This document shows, piece by piece, positions 46,470-49,553 of a stretch of 49,553 nt of DNA. How positions within the stretch are numbered: position 1 is the stretch's first letter; every line of letters starts with the position of its first letter. A program made the translations under genes and the position numbers. The notes beneath the pieces are model-generated. The model saw only the letters and a program-made list of their open reading frames with translations. It was not told the origin of the DNA and did not search any database. Source of the DNA: a bacterium (GTDB lineage Bacteria > Patescibacteriota > Minisyncoccia > Phycocordibacterales > UBA6899); the NCBI GenBank assembly GCA_043736515.1, contig JAYTCK010000045.1:1-49553 (forward strand). Direction: 5' to 3'.

Positions 46470-47426
46470 ATGAGTTACGACAAAACTATCCTTGTTACAG
46501 GCGGAGCAGGCTTTATCGGAAGCAATTATTTAAATACGGTAGTACCCAAATATTCCAACTATCAATTTATTAATATTGATGCGTTGACCTATGCTGCCAA
46601 TAGACAAAACATTGGTGTTGAGAATGAGCCAAACTATGTGTTCGTAGAGACAGACATTCGAGACAAAAAAGCGTTGGAGCTCATCTTCAATAAATTTTCT
46701 CCAACACATGTCATTAACTTTGCAGCAGAAAGCCATGTTGATAACTCTATCTCGGGCCCTCTCATTTTTGTTGAGACAAATATTGTTGGCACAGAAAATC
46801 TTCTCGAATGTGCGCGCCAACAAAACATCGTGCGGTTTCACCAGATCTCGACGGACGAAGTGTATGGGTCGTTAGCACCCGATGCAAAACCGACAACTGA
46901 AGATGCGCCACTCCTTCCCAATAGCCCCTATAGCGCCTCAAAAGCGAGCGCAGACCTACTCGTGCGCTCTTATCACAAGACTTTCGAGCTCGACACCATC
47001 ATCACCCGTGCTTCAAATAATTACGGACCAAATCAGCATCAAGAAAAACTTATCCCCCGCTTCATTACCAACCTTCTCGAGAATAAAAAAATCCCCGTAT
47101 ACGGTGAGGGGCTGAATATACGTGACTGGATACACGTATCCGATCACGTGGAAGGGATCGATGCGGCATTCCACAAAGGAAAAAGTGGTGAAATCTACAA
47201 CCTTGGAGGTGGTCAAGAGTTAACGAATCTCAGCATCACGAACGAGGTACTCGGACTCCTTGGTAAGGGTGATGAAATGATCGAGCATGTCACCGATCGA
47301 CTTGGCCATGATTTTCGTTATAGTCTTGATTCGTCGAAAGCAGAGCAAGATCTCGGCTGGACACCCAAAAAAGATTTTTCAACTGGACTGAAAGAGACTG
47401 TTGGATACTACGCAAATAAAAAATAA
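46470..47426 (+). CDS. rmlB: dTDP-glucose 4,6-dehydratase
   Basis: TGGAGFIGSN, DALTYA, FAAESHVD, ISTDEVYG, PNSPYSASK, SNNYGP, RDWIHV, DRLGHDFRY. Confidence 0.96.
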   Translation: MSYDKTILVTGGAGFIGSNYLNTVVPKYSNYQFINIDALTYAANRQNIGVENEPNYVFVETDIRDKKALELIFNKFSPTHVINFAAESHVDNSISGPLIFVETNIVGTENLLECARQQNIVRFHQISTDEVYGSLAPDAKPTTEDAPLLPNSPYSASKASADLLVRSYHKTFELDTIITRASNNYGPNQHQEKLIPRFITNLLENKKIPVYGEGLNIRDWIHVSDHVEGIDAAFHKGKSGEIYNLGGGQELTNLSITNEVLGLLGKGDEMIEHVTDRLGHDFRYSLDSSKAEQDLGWTPKKDFSTGLKETVGYYANKK

Positions 47427-47453
47427 CAGCCCCCATCTCTGGGGGTTGTTATT
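47422..47453. terminator. Bidirectional intrinsic terminator
   Basis: AATAACAGCCCCC-atctct-GGGGGTTGTTATT between convergent genes. Confidence 0.8.
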
Positions 47454-47501
47454 AGGAGTTGTTAACGCAATCTGGCTAAGTGTGAGCCATTTAATTTGGG
47501 T

Positions 47502-48830
47502 TTACAATGCGTTCGTGGTGGTTGCCGTAACAATCATATTGTCAAAGCTTAAACCGTCACCTCCTTCTTGTTCATCGTTAACAAATACCTGGTCAAGCAC
47601 CGGCACAAATCCTCCCAACGGGGCCGACACATTGAATACTTGAGTACCATTGGAGACACTTATCTTCAGCTCATTGTTCACGATAGTGAGGGTAAAGAAG
47701 TATGTTACACCGGCGTCAAACTGAAATGGAGTAGGCATAAAAGATGCCAGGTTGGTTGGTGACTGTCCGTCATACTTGAACAAGTATATTCCCGAATTAC
47801 CATAAGCAAAGCTCGGACGAGAGAGATTCACGCTTAATCCTTTTATTGGACGATACGACAAATATTGATCAACCGGAGCCCCAGGATAGTAAGTGAAACC
47901 GGAGGCTGCATTCATGAGTCCGACCGACTGGGTCACGCGACCAAAGCCACCAGGAGTGTACGTGAATGTCATGGTAGCATCCCGAGTGCTCGTAGCCATC
48001 GGAGCATAAGCGTAAGGCTGTGCATGGTGACAACAGGCAATTGGGTCAGGCGGAGCGTAGCGATATTGAAGCGAACCATTTCGGAGTTCGATATGCGCCG
48101 GATACTGGGTTTGCCCAGATGCAGAAACCGTTTGCGTAAAAAGTTCGTTTCCTTTTGCCCAAATTCCCCCAACCTGCGCGCTTCCCAACGCAAGACTGTC
48201 TGGGCGAGTAAAGTCATCCTTAAAAATGATACGCGGACCAACTGATACTGGAGGGGGTGGAGGTAAGATTTGAGCGAGCGTAGTAAATGATTGTTTACTA
48301 CTCGTTGCTGTGTTTCCACTTGCATCGCGAGAGACAACAACATAGTTGTATGTTTTTGATGCCGTCAGTCCGTTAATGCTTAAGCGGTGACTTACCACAA
48401 ACTGAGCATCGCTTCCAACTGCAGGGGATGTCGTTGGGAATAAATAAATTTTACTATCAGATAATTCATTTGTGGTCCACGTAATCGTTGCCGTTGTTTT
48501 GGTGGTTGTTGACCTAATGCCTGAGATCACCGGCGCGGTCGTGTCGGGTACATTTGAACTGCCGCCACCTGGGATCGCGGGGACTGCTGGGATTGCCGGA
48601 TTGGGACCACCACCTTGCTCGTTCCCCGAAGATGGGATTGCCGGTATCGCGGGAATCGTACCCGACGGAGTTACTGCGTGGCGATTCTCCGCGCGATTTT
48701 CCAAACCAGGGGGTATCGAGCTTCTCGTATTACCAGCATCATTTCTGCCGGAACTTGAATTCGCTGACACCAGTGAGACGAGACCGACAGCAAACACAAC
48801 AAACGCAATGCCAAGTAATTTTATTTGCAT
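47502..48830 (-). CDS. Secreted protein: signal peptide, Pro/Ala/Gly-rich linker, FN3-like domain, poly-Pro linker, beta-rich C-terminal domain
   Basis: MQIKLLGIAFVVFAVGLVSLVSA signal; IPAIPAIP repeats; DTTAPVIS...ITWTTNE...TYNYVVVSRDASGN FN3-like; PPPPP; FKDDFTR...GGIW. Confidence 0.75.
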   Translation of the reverse strand: MQIKLLGIAFVVFAVGLVSLVSANSSSGRNDAGNTRSSIPPGLENRAENRHAVTPSGTIPAIPAIPSSGNEQGGGPNPAIPAVPAIPGGGSSNVPDTTAPVISGIRSTTTKTTATITWTTNELSDSKIYLFPTTSPAVGSDAQFVVSHRLSINGLTASKTYNYVVVSRDASGNTATSSKQSFTTLAQILPPPPPVSVGPRIIFKDDFTRPDSLALGSAQVGGIWAKGNELFTQTVSASGQTQYPAHIELRNGSLQYRYAPPDPIACCHHAQPYAYAPMATSTRDATMTFTYTPGGFGRVTQSVGLMNAASGFTYYPGAPVDQYLSYRPIKGLSVNLSRPSFAYGNSGIYLFKYDGQSPTNLASFMPTPFQFDAGVTYFFTLTIVNNELKISVSNGTQVFNVSAPLGGFVPVLDQVFVNDEQEGGDGLSFDNMIVTATTTNAL

Positions 48831-48956
48831 ATGATTAAATTATATACCAACTCGGCCTCGCGGCAACTAATACCAACGTGGTACACAGCAGCTGGTGCAA
48901 AGAATTGTGCGTGGGATACCGATAGTATACAATACGAAAACACATTATCTTCATAT

Positions 48957-49553
48957 ATGAAAATACTCATCTTTGGAAACGGATTTCTCGGAAAACAAAT
49001 GGCGGATTATCTTGAGGCAGAATTAAGTTCTGCCCGAATTACTACTCCAGAAGATCTTGAGATCAGTATCACACAAAAGCCAGACATCATTATTAATGCC
49101 GTTGCAAAAACAGGCCGTCCAAATGTTGACTGGTGTGAGGACAACAGAGAAGAAACGTACTTTGCAAACGTGGAGGTGCCCAAAATACTTGCTGATTATG
49201 CAAATCGTGAAGGAATTCGTATGGTGCAATTTTCGAGCGGCTGTATCTATGAGGGCGACAAGGGAGGTGCGGGCTTCGACGAAGACGATCAGCCAAATTT
49301 TGAAAAATCTTATTATTCATATACTAAAGCTGAAGCAGAGCGTGCACTCGCCAAGTACGACAACATTCTCACCCTTCGGCCGCGCATGCCCATTACGGCA
49401 GTCCCTTCCGATCGCAATCTCATCAACAAGCTCCTTGGATACAAAAGTATCATTGAAACTCCAAACTCAGTGACAGTAATCGAGGATCTCCTTCCTGCAC
49501 TAAAAGGACTTATTGAGGGTGGGCATACGGGCACTTTTAACATAATTAACCCC
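48957..49553 (+). CDS. NRS/ER-like dTDP/UDP-4-keto-6-deoxyglucose 3,5-epimerase/4-reductase (RmlD-fold), truncated by the window end
   Basis: Hand-translated: MKILIFGNGFLG, KTGRPNVDWCE, FSSGCIYE, SYYSYTK, LRPRMPI, NSVT, GTFNIINP. No stop before the window end, so absent from the ORF track. Confidence 0.85.
   Translation, partial: MKILIFGNGFLGKQMADYLEAELSSARITTPEDLEISITQKPDIIINAVAKTGRPNVDWCEDNREETYFANVEVPKILADYANREGIRMVQFSSGCIYEGDKGGAGFDEDDQPNFEKSYYSYTKAEAERALAKYDNILTLRPRMPITAVPSDRNLINKLLGYKSIIETPNSVTVIEDLLPALKGLIEGGHTGTFNIINP

Noticed and set aside
1-49553. Stop-codon reassignment (code 25), rRNA/tRNA genes, introns, pseudogenes
   Set aside because: All recognised genes are full-length under code 11 with TGA used as a stop. 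No tRNA cloverleaf, rRNA signature or interrupted reading frame was found by eye; tRNAscan or Infernal would be needed to exclude these fully.

Overview
A 49.5-kb window read with genetic code 11 (TGA is used as a stop, e.g. at ATGA gene overlaps). It is most likely from a Patescibacteria/CPR (Parcubacteria-like) genome. That is an inference from the O-antigen-ligase-TPR gene, scarce Shine-Dalgarno motifs and gene style, not a database result. Nearly all of it is one mosaic cell-surface glycan locus of about 48 kb built from alternating-strand blocks: (i) murB; (ii) an apparent operon SGNH - MBOAT - three-part ATP-citrate-lyase-like genes - O-antigen ligase/TPR; (iii) an AbiEii-type nucleotidyltransferase/DUF6922-like pair between two identical 42-bp direct repeats; (iv) manC; (v) a pseudaminic/legionaminic-type nonulosonic acid pathway with two SpsF-like cytidylyltransferases, two DegT aminotransferases and no clear PseG; (vi) an N-acetyl-sugar amidotransferase paired with an amidase-signature enzyme, a capsule-synthesis-family protein and Wzx; (vii) gmd, two sugar C-methyltransferases, five other SAM methyltransferases, an AsnB-like amidotransferase and GT2/GT4/GT-C transferases; (viii) rmlA, rmlB and a plant/giant-virus-type NRS/ER-like epimerase-reductase. 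The ORF track misses a 20-aa Lys/Ala micro-ORF (318-380) with its own promoter, structured leader and terminator, a neighbouring structured RNA candidate, and repeated leaderless-type promoters (-10 hexamer 6-7 nt before ATG). I found no rRNA, tRNA, CRISPR array, transposase or integrase. All product calls come from motif recognition by eye; no searches were run.
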